From Amoebidium appalachense (lineage: Eukaryota > Protista > Ichthyosporea), in contig CAVNZM010000002.1 of the NCBI GenBank assembly GCA_963693365.1, forward strand, positions 10,472,328 through 10,536,327: DNA of 64,000 nt, given 5' to 3'. This document shows positions 1 through 25,000 of the stretch, one piece after another. The notes beneath the pieces are model-generated. The model made no database searches and had not been told where the DNA came from. It was given only the letters and a program-made list of their open reading frames with translations. Within the stretch, counting starts at the first letter, position 1. The number at the start of each line of letters is the position of its first letter. Both the position numbers and the translations under genes were made by a program.

Positions 1-892
1 CCAGTGTGGCAAATGCCCCCGGTGTGTCCTCGCTGGCTATCTTGAGTCCAGACGGCAAAGTAGTCACGGAGGTGGCAGGCATGTGCGCACTAGAGGGTTG
101 GGGGGGGGGGGGGGGGGGTAATAGGCAGGTGGAACAAGAAAGGGGATCAGAGTACAAGCAGCAACGGGATAAAGCAGGGGCTGGATGGGTGGTCGGGATG
201 GAGGGGGGGGGGGGGGGGGGGAGGATAAAGTAGGTGAATGGGTATTCAGGAGGAGGGTAGTGCGCTGACGAGTGGGGGAAGAGAGCAGCTGCTCACTGAG
301 TGAGCCAGGCATACAGAAGGGGGGAGGTGGGGTAGGAAACGGGAAATCCTCGGGGTGCCGCCGTGTAAGCACTTAGTGTCCCCATGACTCGTCTGAGGGA
401 TGCCCAACACAATTTCTCCAGCTCCACAGCCCTACCCAGAACATGCCCCGCCTACCCCACACACTCCATGTGTTGCTTCTCTAAACCCACTCAATAGCCT
501 CCCTCTCCCATCCACTGCAGCCACCCACCTGTCTATTTCACTGTATTTAACCTGGCCCAGGCCTGGCCATGGCTCTGTGAGGGGCACGTCCAGAGCAGAA
601 AATGTGGACTTTTTTCTGAGTGCTGCAACAGCAGTAGCGGCACTAGCAGCCGCCTGAGGAGGGGGGGGGGGTGAGGGGGGGGGGGGGGGGGGGAGGGGGG
701 GGGGGGGGGAGGATCCAACGATGGGCACAGATAAGTCCTCTAGTAAACAGTTGATAAAAATGGAGGCACAGGTATACTGATGTCAAAAACTTGCTTGTAG
801 TGCTATCCTTGCACGTGCGAACGTTTGGGGGTCTTAGTGTCTGTATGTTTGTGTGTGTGTTTGTGTGTGTGTTTGTGTGTGTGTTTGTTTGT

Positions 893-949
<57 letters not shown>

Positions 950-983
950 GTGCGTGTGTGTTTTGTGTGTGTGTCTGTCTGTC

Positions 984-1053
<70 letters not shown>

Positions 1054-1096
1054 TGCGTGCGCGTGTGTGCTTGCGTGTGAGTGCGCGTGTGTACGC

Positions 1097-1143
<47 letters not shown>

Positions 1144-1561
1144 CGCGTGTGTGAGGTCTCTCCCTCTCTCTGCCCCCACCCTCCGCGCATCTCTCTGTGT
1201 GTATGACTGCGTACGGTTGTAGCTGGGTGTACAGGTGTAAGTGTGTGGGCATGTTCGCTTGAATTTCTGGTGTTGCAGATTGCGGTCAAGTGAGTATACA
1301 CGAGTGGCGAAATTCGCATGCTTGTGCAAAACGTGTGTGAATGTGGTGTCCCTTAAATCCCTCCTGTGTGGTTGCACCTGTAGCTCCTGCGTGTCTGTGG
1401 AGTGTAAATCGTAGCAAGAAGGCGAGTGTGAAGCTGTTCTTGTGCGTGAGTGAACTGGCTCGAGTGCAGCAGTCAACATGCAAGACACGTTTGCCCCCTC
1501 CTGCCACTGCACGTACCTGGGCGGCGCTCAGACGGCCCAGACACCTCGCCGTAGACAGCAT
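1..1561 (-). CDS. PMPCA: Mitochondrial processing peptidase alpha subunit (M16 family), 5' part; gene continues beyond window start
   Basis: Exons 1561-1517 (MLSTARCLGRLSAAQ, presequence-like), 653-529 (..LDVPLTEPWPGLGQVKYSE..) and 89-1 (..VTTLPSGLKIASEDTPGAFATLG) join in frame over GT-AG introns. The last two segments resemble the alpha-MPP N-terminus. Confidence 0.8.
841..1152. repeat. Compound (GT)n/(GC)n microsatellite in PMPCA intron 1
   Basis: Directly visible. Confidence 0.95.
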
Positions 1562-2658
1562 GGTTTGTGTGTGTGCGTGCAAAGGCTGTGCACGTAGCAG
1601 CTATAGAGCCCACCAACTATATATACGGTGTCTGGTTTGTCTTGGTCTGCCGCGCCTGAAAAAAGCAGACAGAGAGCAAGAAAGCAGAAAGAGCATGCCT
1701 GGTCAGCGCCACGTCATCAACATTTCTGTAGCAATCCATCCATTTATATGCACACAATATATCTCTTTTGTTTTTATATGGGCAACTAATTAGAGCCAAG
1801 TATATCTCAAAATCTTATATCATAATGTCTAAAGTTAGTGTATCTATAATTTAGGACATGCCTGGTTTGCGCAAACAGGCTGTATTCTGACTGTCGGACC
1901 GTAGCAGTGACCATCGCTTGGCAGCCAGTTGGAGCAAAGGGGGGCGGGTGGGAGCAGCTCTCCCAGAAGGAGGGGCCGAAGGGGGCATGGGGGGTGGGGG
2001 ACGGTAGGGGGGTGGGGGGGAGGCCAAAGGAGGGGTGTGGGGTGGGGAATGGGTAAAGTGAGGAAAGGGGGGAGGGGGGGGGGGGGGGGAGGGGGGGGGT
2101 AAGGTTGAACCGGTCAAGGTCTAGCAGAGAACAACCCTGCAATGCCAGGCGATGGTGACTGTGGTTATATGCTCGTTCGGGGTGCTTAAGTGCTTGTGTG
2201 GGCCTGGCTGCAGCGGTGTGTGGGGAAACTCGTATACCCAGATGCCATCTAAAGATGTATTTCTGCAACAGTGTTCTTCCGAGCTCCACGGAACAAGAGC
2301 ACCCAATAAACGCCAATAAGGGCTAAGGTTAAAGGGAGCTGGGAGCTGGTCTGTTCAGTGCGACCCAAAGTTTGGCCCAGGTCCTAATTGGATAAAATCA
2401 GCACTGGATTAGTTTCAGCGAGACACCAACCAATGTGGTTAATGATGTCAACATGCATACAACATTACTTAAGATCGCTTTTATTTATTGCTCACATTCA
2501 TGCATACGTATTTGCCACCCTACACCTTGAGGTACTTGCTTACTGATCATTTTTAAAGGTATAACCGGACAAAGCTGCCACGACCGACCAGGTAGGCATC
2601 CAAAAAAGAAGCAGCGATCTCTGAACGTCTCTTTGCACTCTACAAGGCAAGACCAGCA

Positions 2659-3390
2659 CTACACATCGTATGCTGGGCTAGTTCGCCTGTGTCCGTCCAG
2701 GGAGTTTTCACTTGGGGGCACCACAATAACGGTGGGCACGGCCGCAGGGAGGGGCTGGCCACTACTGCCGCCTGCCTGTGCACTCTGGTCTGTGGATGCG
2801 TGTTTCCTGTTCCGGAAGTGCTTGAGCACACGGCTGGGTGTGCGCAGTAGCGTGACCGCAAAGCTGGTTTTCGAACTTTTAGGTTTTGCTTGCTTGTCCG
2901 GCACACTGAGTGTTGCTTCTGCACTGGGTTGGTGCTGTTGCTCGGTGCCCATGCCAGCCACCACCGTGGCCAATTGCTCCTGCGAAGCCGTTGCTGCAGC
3001 CAGGGAGGTCTTCAGCTGGGTGTACACTTTGGTCTGCTCGCTGGACAACGCATCCAGTTTCAACAGAGACCGTGCTAGCCTCTCACGCACTGCCGCTGAC
3101 CGGGCCAGATAGTCATCCCCTGCCTCCTCCTCCTCCTGCAGCACATTTCTTTCTGGCGCTTTGTCGTGTCTGGCTGTGTGTGTGTCTGCGGTGACTGTGG
3201 GCTCCTCACTGTCCAGTTGGTCCAAGGCGTCATAGTAGAGTGTCTGTCTGCTCATAAACGCAGGGCCCTTGGCTAGCTTTGGGCTGTCCAGGTTTTTGCT
3301 CTTGCGGTTGTTGTGCCCAAACGTGAGTGTGGTGCCATATGGGCCTACACGGGACACCACACCTTCCTCGCATGTGTCGGTAACTGCCAT
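2659..3390 (-). CDS. Intronless hypothetical protein, 243 aa, with predicted coiled coil and an FFAT-like YYDALD motif
   Basis: Uninterrupted non-repetitive ORF with coding-like composition and accATGG start context. No family recognised. Confidence 0.6.
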   Translation of the reverse strand: MAVTDTCEEGVVSRVGPYGTTLTFGHNNRKSKNLDSPKLAKGPAFMSRQTLYYDALDQLDSEEPTVTADTHTARHDKAPERNVLQEEEEAGDDYLARSAAVRERLARSLLKLDALSSEQTKVYTQLKTSLAAATASQEQLATVVAGMGTEQQHQPSAEATLSVPDKQAKPKSSKTSFAVTLLRTPSRVLKHFRNRKHASTDQSAQAGGSSGQPLPAAVPTVIVVPPSENSLDGHRRTSPAYDV

Positions 3391-3978
3391 GGTAGTGTGG
3401 GAGCGTGTGATGGAACACTGGTGCCTGTAGAATATACGTCTACCAACTCTTCGTTGCTGTTCAAGTTGATTTACTACAGCCCCTCCCGATCGACCAGTGT
3501 GAGTTTTCCAACTAACTGCCGCTGTAACCTACTTTCATCGATGATGGCTATAATAATCTGTTTATCCAATTTTTGCACCTAAAGAGGCATTATGAACCGG
3601 GCTGGGAGGTTAACCTTCAGCGTGCTCAAGATAAGTGTCAAACGTGGAGTTACTTGCTCAGTCTAGCTTGCAGTGATTGAATCCTGCGTGCTGCTTGCTA
3701 CTATGAGACAGCTGCTATGAGACAGGTTTTTGGGAATCCCCTTTTCTGCTTTATTTCCAGTATGGAGCCTGGAGTGTGATGATACTACGGTCTCATAAGC
3801 TGTAACACGGCACATACAAGCATCTGCAGTATCCGTAATGACACGGGTATAGGCCTACTGCACGCCCTGTTGCACAGGCACTATCACAGAGGCTGAGGTA
3901 GAGATCTAACGGTGTCACTGATCAAACAGGAGTGGTGCCGGCTACACCACTCCGCGCACTGCTCATATTCGTCACGTT

Positions 3979-4310
3979 CAGAGATGGAGCGGTCTACTGT
4001 TTGACATCCCCCGGACTAGCCCGAAAAGCATTCGGGTTGGAGCTGACTAGCCCAGCCCGAAAACGAAACGGGTTGGGCTAGGGGTGTTTGGGCTGGGACC
4101 CCTCTTTAGCCCCTCCTCACCCACTATATAGCAGCCCCCCAGGAGGCCAAAACCCCTCCTAAAACCCCCCTCCTTATATGTCGTTTGCGCAAACAGACCT
4201 GCCATATATGGTAGGTCAGCTGGCCCAACCCAACCCATTTCCAGCCCAAAACTTTTGCGGGTTGGGCTGACCCAGCCCAGACCGACCCAAAACCCGGCGC
4301 ACCATCTCTG
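3979..4310. mobile_element. Non-autonomous hAT-type DNA transposon (MITE), 332 bp
   Basis: TIRs CAGAGATGGAGCG ... CGCACCATCTCTG (12/13 match). Perfect 8-bp target-site duplication GTCACGTT at 3971-3978 and 4311-4318. Internal CCCAGCCC/CCCAACCC/GGGTTGGG repeats. An 8-bp TSD with short CAG-starting TIRs is typical of hAT. Confidence 0.9.
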
Positions 4311-4722
4311 GTCACGTTGCCAACCAGCAAGATCATCTGGAAACGCCAGGGGCTATTATAGCTAACGTGTACGATTCTACAATATGTGATTTTCGAGTTT
4401 TGAACACTTTGCTGTTATTCTATCTGCATCATTATTCTGAGAGCAAGTTTCAACGAGTACGAAGCGATTTTCGCATAGTAGAGATTCCGTGTACACGGCG
4501 TACAGCGACCAGCCTGGTAGGATGTCCCGGATCCACGGATTTGTCTGGATTTGTCACGAATAGATTGACGGTATTTGTAGTTTGTGATCTTACACCAATC
4601 ACATAGGCCCGACACCAGGAATCCCAAATACACTGTTCAATACAGTACTTGAAGAGACCGTTGAATTGTTCCATGCAAGGCTGTTTATTGCATGTGTGAC
4701 TGCAATACCCGCCTCCCTTAGT

Positions 4723-4758
<36 letters not shown>

Positions 4759-4977
4759 ACCACCACCACCACCACCACCACCCCCAGCCAGACTCAGGGA
4801 TTTCCCCCAACCCAAGGCCTCCATGATAAACTTGCCCCAACCCCAGAAGCTCCCCGGTGGCCCCCGTGGCAGCTAATAAGAACATTGCACATTTTGGCCA
4901 GCTGCAGGCCCTTGTATATGATAGTCACATATGTGCGTGTGGGTGCCCGGGGCACGCTACACTGTTAACATCCCCCC

Positions 4978-5011
<34 letters not shown>

Positions 5012-5346
5012 ACCACCACCACCACCAGTACCACCGCCGCCGCCACCCACTAAACAATTCCGACTAGTACTTCTAATCGCCTATAATTTTTCCTAAACAG
5101 TGCTCTCCTTTCTCCTTTTACCTCCCTTTTTTCATGTCGGTCATATCCCGTCGGTTTGTGGTAGTGGTAGTGGTAACTTATAGGAGTGAACGGTGACCGG
5201 TGGTGGTCACCACGAGGGTTGGGAGGGTGGTCGATGGGAGTTGGTGTACTTGTCTGTGTGTGTGTGTGTGTGTGTGTGGGCATGCGTGCGCACGTGTCTG
5301 TGTGCGTCTGTGCATGATGCATGTGTGGGTGTGGGTGGGTGTGGGT

Positions 5347-5384
<38 letters not shown>

Positions 5385-5823
5385 CTGTTTCTTTCTTTCT
5401 TTCTTTTTCATTTTTTTTGTGGTTGCTATGGGTCGGTGGGTGGGTGGGTGATGGCGGGGTTGGGGGGGTTTGGGGGGGGGGCTAGTAGAGGCTACAGCTC
5501 CAATGCATGAATCCCATCTCTTATGGTTAAAATGAGTCTAACTCGCAGGCTCTATCAAAAATTTACTGACATTATGGTTGCATCAGCTAATAATGAGCCA
5601 CCCACACTGCAAAGCTCTAACTATAAAAAGGCTCCATCCAGGTATGCATCCTGGTATGTCAGTGCTGGGGCAAACCTGGGCAGCAAACAGGAGGAAACAC
5701 TACGTGCATGGCACAGAGCACACAGGGCAAACTGGCATGCACTATTCACATAACAGGCAGAGAGAATCCATACGTATTGTATCAAACATGCGCATACAAC
5801 TCCTTATCCTCGAAAGCCCTCCC

Positions 5824-5861
<38 letters not shown>

Positions 5862-5929
5862 GGCAAGTCCAAACCAAAAACCAAAACAAACAATAAAAAC
5901 AAAAAGATAGCCACCCAAATGCCCCCCTT

Positions 5930-11317
<5,388 letters not shown>

Positions 11318-12879
11318 CTTGCCGTGTGTGTGTGCACAACAGCTAGTATGCGGCCGTAGGTATAGCAATAACTTAAGCGTGGCGCTGCCTGCTCGTGCCG
11401 GTATGTGCTTTTTAAACTGCAGTGCTGATGTTCCTCTCCGCTAGCTAAGCCGGGAAAGTCATAATATGAGACAACGAGGACTTCAAACAAAAAAAGGCGG
11501 TTCGGGTGGCACGGAAGGAGCCTGCGTGCAGCGCTATATACGTAAGTGTGTGTGTCTGTAGTGTCAAACTCCATACGAACGCGTGGGTAGCCTAGCGTGG
11601 ATGCGGCCGAACAGAGTTAAGATGTGAAGCAGCAACCTGGCAAAGGCAGCTGGGGTCCCAAACAAAGAGAGGGTACACTAAACGCCCCTTAGGCACGAGG
11701 AACACGTCTAGGCAGAAGTAGTTGGGGTAGGTGACTGTGGAAAACTAACTACAAGCTATGCAGCAATATACTTGTGTGCGTGTTACTTGCTGTTGACCTA
11801 TTTTTTCTACGTTTTCTGGACTTGCATGACTGACTGCTGTGAAAAAACTATTGTAGTCATAGTCTACACCACACGGCAACTTGTGAGTGACGCCTGAGGG
11901 TACTGTAAAGTAAATTTTGCGGCTTTTGGCCGTTCAACCTGCAGTTGCCAGTCGGCAAGGCCGGCATGCAAGACTGCTGACTTGGCACATTTTGATTGGC
12001 GGACTGAAATTCCTGTGATCACCGCAGCCCAGGCACTGGCAGGCAGCCCTGAGCTAGCCTGCAGGGCCAGGCAATAGTCAGTAGATGTCCCTCATTTTAT
12101 TAAACTATATTAGAGAACATTAAATAGTTTTTCCCTCTTTAGCTCAGTGGTGAGCAGTGTGGAGTGATAAATGGTGCTCTCATGTATATTGAACAGCATA
12201 AATTTTTGTGCGTGGGTGGCGGATGCCAAATATGGCGAATTATTGTTACCAATTATAGGAAAAGACATCACGGACATTTTCCATTTCCCTTTTTTATATC
12301 TTTATCCAACAAAATCTGTTTAAAAGGATTTAAACAATTTTTGTACTCTATGCGGGTGGCTTAAAACATTATTTATCATTATAGCGCTTGGTATTTGGAA
12401 AGCCACCAGCTTTGCAGCAGCTCCGTGCACGAAAAAGCTTTTGGAACGAAACAAGTGCTTTCGTAAACTTTGTGACGTTCTGCCAGCAAGTGCGGCCCAA
12501 GAGTTCAACGGCAAAGAAAGAGAACTAAGAAAAAGAAGGTGTGTTTTTGGGAGTAGAAAAGAGTGTCTTCTTCTGCCTTCTAAACCACGCAATATCCCGT
12601 GGGCTGTTCCACAAGAAACAAGCACTGATTCCGGCATCTACACCTGCACCTTGGTATTGAAAGGCAGAGCTAGCAAGGCTGTGAAGGTCTGCGCCTCCCA
12701 CACAATTTTCCTCCTAGTATCACAGGAACAAGCAATACAAGTGTAACATGCGAGAGTTTTGCTTTTAATTAGGAATAGGGAAGCGTTCGGTCTTTGTGCT
12801 GGTGTGCGGACATGATACTGGGTAGTGGGGCTGTGATGTCACGAGGGGTGCTGATTGAAGCGTTTCAACAGGCACAAAG

Positions 12880-20539
<7,660 letters not shown>

Positions 20540-21242
20540 GTGGGCTATTATGGCCCAGTAGACACAAAGGGGTGTCATGAAATGTATGTGTGTGGTGGAA
20601 GGCGGTTGTGCTATGGGTGACGGAAAGTGGTATATGGTAGATTATGTTTATGTGTAAGGTAGTAGGGTTGAGTATGCGAGTAATGAAGCCATGTACACGG
20701 TTGAGTGAAAGAATGTTGTGCATGAAGTTATTTTGGTGGCGGGGCGATTCGTATTTGAGGGTATCTGGAATGTTGGTTCTGTGTATGATCACCCACCAAC
20801 TGCTAGGCATGATCGATAGCCGTACCATATTGGGGGGTGGGGGGGAGGTGCTGGTCAGCAGCAGCAGATGTCATGGACATATGAGAGAGTATATGATAAT
20901 GACGTAGAGATAGCATTGTTCGGTATGGCATTATGGAACTGGCTGGGTGGCACCAACATGGCCATACGTACAAAATGGGGATGCAATTGTCTGTGTATTT
21001 GGCCCACCCCAAGGCAATGCTTACACAGTAAAACGGAGGTATGAGTTCACGCGCCTTGGCCCCAATCGCAATATATATATGTACATTTTGTATAGACGTG
21101 CAGACGTGTCTTCCCCCCCCCCCCCCCCCTCCCCCCCGGCGGTACATAGGTGCTAGCCCACTTGCAACTGCACAGCAGGTCAGGGCAGTGGCTGCACTTG
21201 CTGGCAGGGCTTGTTGGGCTTGGCAGAGGCCTAGCAGCAGGC

Positions 21243-22004
21243 TCATGCTGGCCTGGTGCCGGCAATGAGATGGTACCTGCTGTCCCACCTGAACACAGAG
21301 CAGGTCAGGTGGTGCCCGACAGTGCAAGTAGTGCCATTTGAATAGGGCATGCCAGCCAGCAAACAATGTCGAGCCCATATTGTTTCTTTGCTCTTTTGTC
21401 CTTCTAGGCCCCGCCCGCCCGTTTAAATTTGTGTGTGTGCGGGGTGCGGGTGGGGGGGGGGAGGAGGGGGGGTGAACACACGTGTCAGGAAATTTGTGTG
21501 TGCGGGGTGCGGGTGAGGGGGGGGGGAGGAGGGGGGGTGAACACACGTGTCAGGAACAGCAGGGGGTGCGGTGAGGGCCGGGTGCACATAGGGCATGTGG
21601 TGGGGGCCAGGCATGGGCCCACCACAGCCAGGGTCAGCAGTCTCCTGCATGTGGCTTGTGGGCTGCAGGTCCAGGGTGCGGGCCAGGTGCAGGGGCATGT
21701 GCATGGTGGGCTGGTGGTGGTGGGCCTGCAGGTAGCGCCCACATGCAAGGGTGAGAGGTAGGAGGGGCACCAGCACCACTGCTGAGGGGGACAACTTGAG
21801 CCCCAGTGCCCCTATCATGGCCACCTGCAGCAAAGGGCATGTCAGCACGTGCTTGGGCGCCCATGGACCAGGCAGGCATGAAGAAAATAGCCCTAGGTTT
21901 TTGATTGGCTCATAAGCAGTTCCTTCCCCCCCACCAGTGTCTACTTATGCCAGCATCCCGTACAAATAATATATTCTTCCGGGATTCCTATTGGTCCGTG
22001 CTAG

Positions 22005-22041
<37 letters not shown>

Positions 22042-25000
22042 GACGTTGGGCATTACTGGCTGGGTAGATGCTCAAGAGAGGGGGCAAACGTGAGGAGGGG
22101 GGAGGGGAGGGGGGGGGAGGTCCAACCTGGTATATGATGAGACCGGCCACGACCCAGCGGGCCACAAAAGGAAACAACAGGCCACCGGACTGGTAGGTGG
22201 GGGCATGCAGCCACAGCGCCTGGTGGCGAGCAACCACATAGGCCCCGGCTATGTATGCGGCCACAAACAGGGGCACTAGTGGTGCCATGGTGCTGTACAC
22301 CAGCCCCACCAGCAGGAACAAAGTGCCATCGGCAGCATCCACCCCGTATGTGGGTGGGGGCGGTGCCCAGGCCTCTTCTTTCTCCCTTGGGGTCTTGGCC
22401 AGCCACCTGGTCTTGGCCGTGACCACCAGCAGGGGGCCCAGTCTCAGCAGGGCCAGTGGCAGGGCGGCAGTGGCCAGCATGGTGTATGTGAGGAAGAATG
22501 TGGCCTGGGTGGGTAGGGCCTGGCCCAGCAGGGTGAACACCTGGGAGGGGTTGTCTGCTATCTGGGATATGCGCTGTAGCACCGTGCCGGCCAGCACAGA
22601 GCCAAGCAGCACGTTGACGACCTGGAACACCATCAGGATGGTGTACTGGCTCCGCTCAAGGCCACTGTGTGCCCACCACCCATACAGCACAGCAAGCCCT
22701 GCAGAAATGGTCAGTGCCCTAAACGTGACCTGGCAGTGCACCAGCTGCCAACCTGCATCATGGACAAATTTTAAACACGCGGCAATTCGGTATGGGAGGG
22801 TCTCATGCTAACCCTGTGGGGTGTTATGGTAAGAGATGATGAGCTTTGGAGCAATCCAGGGTCACAGGTTAATTAATCTTCTAAGGTGGATTATGGAATG
22901 AAGGCGGCAAAGAGAGGATGGACAGCAAACAAGACTGGTTTTGAGAGCCAGCAGGTAAAGGAAGAAAGGGAGAGGGGGGTGGATGCAGCGGGCCATGGCA
23001 TGTAGAAGGGAGCCAAAGGGGGCAGATACAGTAGGCAATTATGGGCAGCAGCATGTAGAAGATGCGCAGCGCCAGGGGGGGCAGAAAGCCCTGCAGAAAC
23101 CCTCGCAGCAGGGGGCTGGCAGTGGTCAGGGGGGCCAGGAAGGGCAGGGCCGAGGACAGGGACTCCAGGCTGGTCAGGCCCTGCACAAAGGTCACGGGCA
23201 CCAGGTAGAAGGCGCACAGCACAAACACGAGACATCTGCAGGGCCATGGTCAGCAGGGTGGGAAAAGTGGGAGGGGGGGGGGGGGGGCTGGCATGCACAC
23301 TGCACAGGTTAGGGGACAGCAAGGTGTTGGGGCGTGGGGGCTTGGTGGAAGAATGGGCTTCGATAGGAACGATCGAGATGTTGGGTGGTGCATGGTTGTC
23401 TGCGGGAGGGGAGCAAGCGAGGGAGGAGTACGGGAGGAACAGTTCATGTGAATGTGTATGTGCAAGTGGCCGGGGCAGTTGTGTGTTTTTTTTTGTTTTT
23501 TTTTTGGGGGGGGGGGAGTCCATGCCCAGCCAGGATCTTGCGTGCGGTGGCCCACGGGCCGATAAGTGGCACATTGGGCCAGTACACGTCACGAGGCTCG
23601 GGGGCAGGCCTGGCCTGGTGCCTGGTCGGGTGGGCAGTGGTCTGCACCTGCATGGGTGGTCAGAGAGATATGCATGCATGGGGGGGGTCAGAGAGATATG
23701 CATGCATGGGGGGGGTCAGAGAGATATACATGCATGGGGGGGGGTCAGAGAGATATGCATGCAGGGGGGGGGTCAGAGAGAAATGCATGCATGGGGGGGG
23801 GTCAGAGAGATATGCAAGCATGGGGGGGGTCAGAGAGATATGCATGCATGGGGGGGGTCAGAGAGATATGCATGCATGGGGGGGGTCAGAGAGATATGCA
23901 TGCATGGGGGGGGGTCAGAGAGATATGCATGCATGGGGGGGTCAGAGAGATATGCATGCATGGGGGGTTAGAGAGATATGCATGCATGGGGGGGGGGGGG
24001 TCAGAGAGATATGCATGCATGGGGGGTTAGAGAGATATGCATGCATGGGGGGTCAGAGAGATATGCATGCATGGGGGGGGGTCAGAGAGATATGCATGCA
24101 TGGGGGGGGTCAGAGAGATATGCATGCATGGGGGGGGTCAGAGAGATATGCATGCATGGGGGGGGTCAGAGAGATATGCATGCATGGGGGGGGTCAGAGA
24201 GATAAGCAGGCATGGGGGGGGTCAGAGAGATATGCATGCATGGGGGGTTAGAGAGATATGCATGCATGGGGGGGGGGGGGGGGTCAGAGAGATATGCATG
24301 GGGGGGGGGGGGGTCAGAGAGATATGCATCCATGGGGGGGGTCAGAGAGATGATATGCATGCATGGGGGGGGTCAGAGAGATATTCATGCATGGGGGGGG
24401 GTCAGAGAGAGATGCATGCATGGGGGGTTAGAGAGATATGCATGCATGGGGGGCAGAGAAATATGCATGCATGGGGGGTTAGAGAGATATGCATGCATGG
24501 GGGGTCAGAGAGATATGCATGCATAGGGGTTAGAGAGATATGCATGCATGGGGGTTAGAGAGATATGCATGCAGGGGTCATCTATGCATGTTGGGGGCTA
24601 GCGAGATATGCATGCATGGTTGAAACATGCGTGCACGGGGCGATTATAATTAATGATGCATTCGAGGTCAGAGAAAGATGCATGAATTGGTGGGTTGGAC
24701 AAATGCATGGGGGAGGGGGTTTCGAGAACCGTTTGCATGTGCAGGGAGGCAAAGGCTGGCCTTACTAAGCATGCACGGGGCAAATGGGGCAGAGAGGAGA
24801 GAAAAATTCAGGACCAGTGTGTGCACGTGGGGCCAAGTTGTGGCTGCATGGTCTGTAGAACTGCCCCCCCTGCCCCCCCTTCTCCCCCACTTCCCCTCCC
24901 CCCCATACCCCTCCCCCCAATCCCCCCTTCCCGCTTTCTGTACCGAATATCTTGGCTTTTTAGAACGGGGAGATCGGTAGGAAAGAGAGAGGGGAGGGGA

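Noticed and set aside
4367-5910. Short ORFs between the MITE and the Derlin 3' end
   Set aside because: No recognisable motifs or exon structure.
12138-12215. tRNA-like TAGCTCAGTGGT (A-box)
   Set aside because: No T-loop/B-box GTTCRA and no acceptor stem pairing.
22700-23030. GTATCT donor in OSCA as a second U12 intron
   Set aside because: It lacks CC at +5/+6, and the branch site is U2-type CACTGAC.
23659-24570. CRISPR-like regular repeats (also 45666-46291)
   Set aside because: Head-to-tail units without unique spacers, no cas genes, and a eukaryotic intron context.
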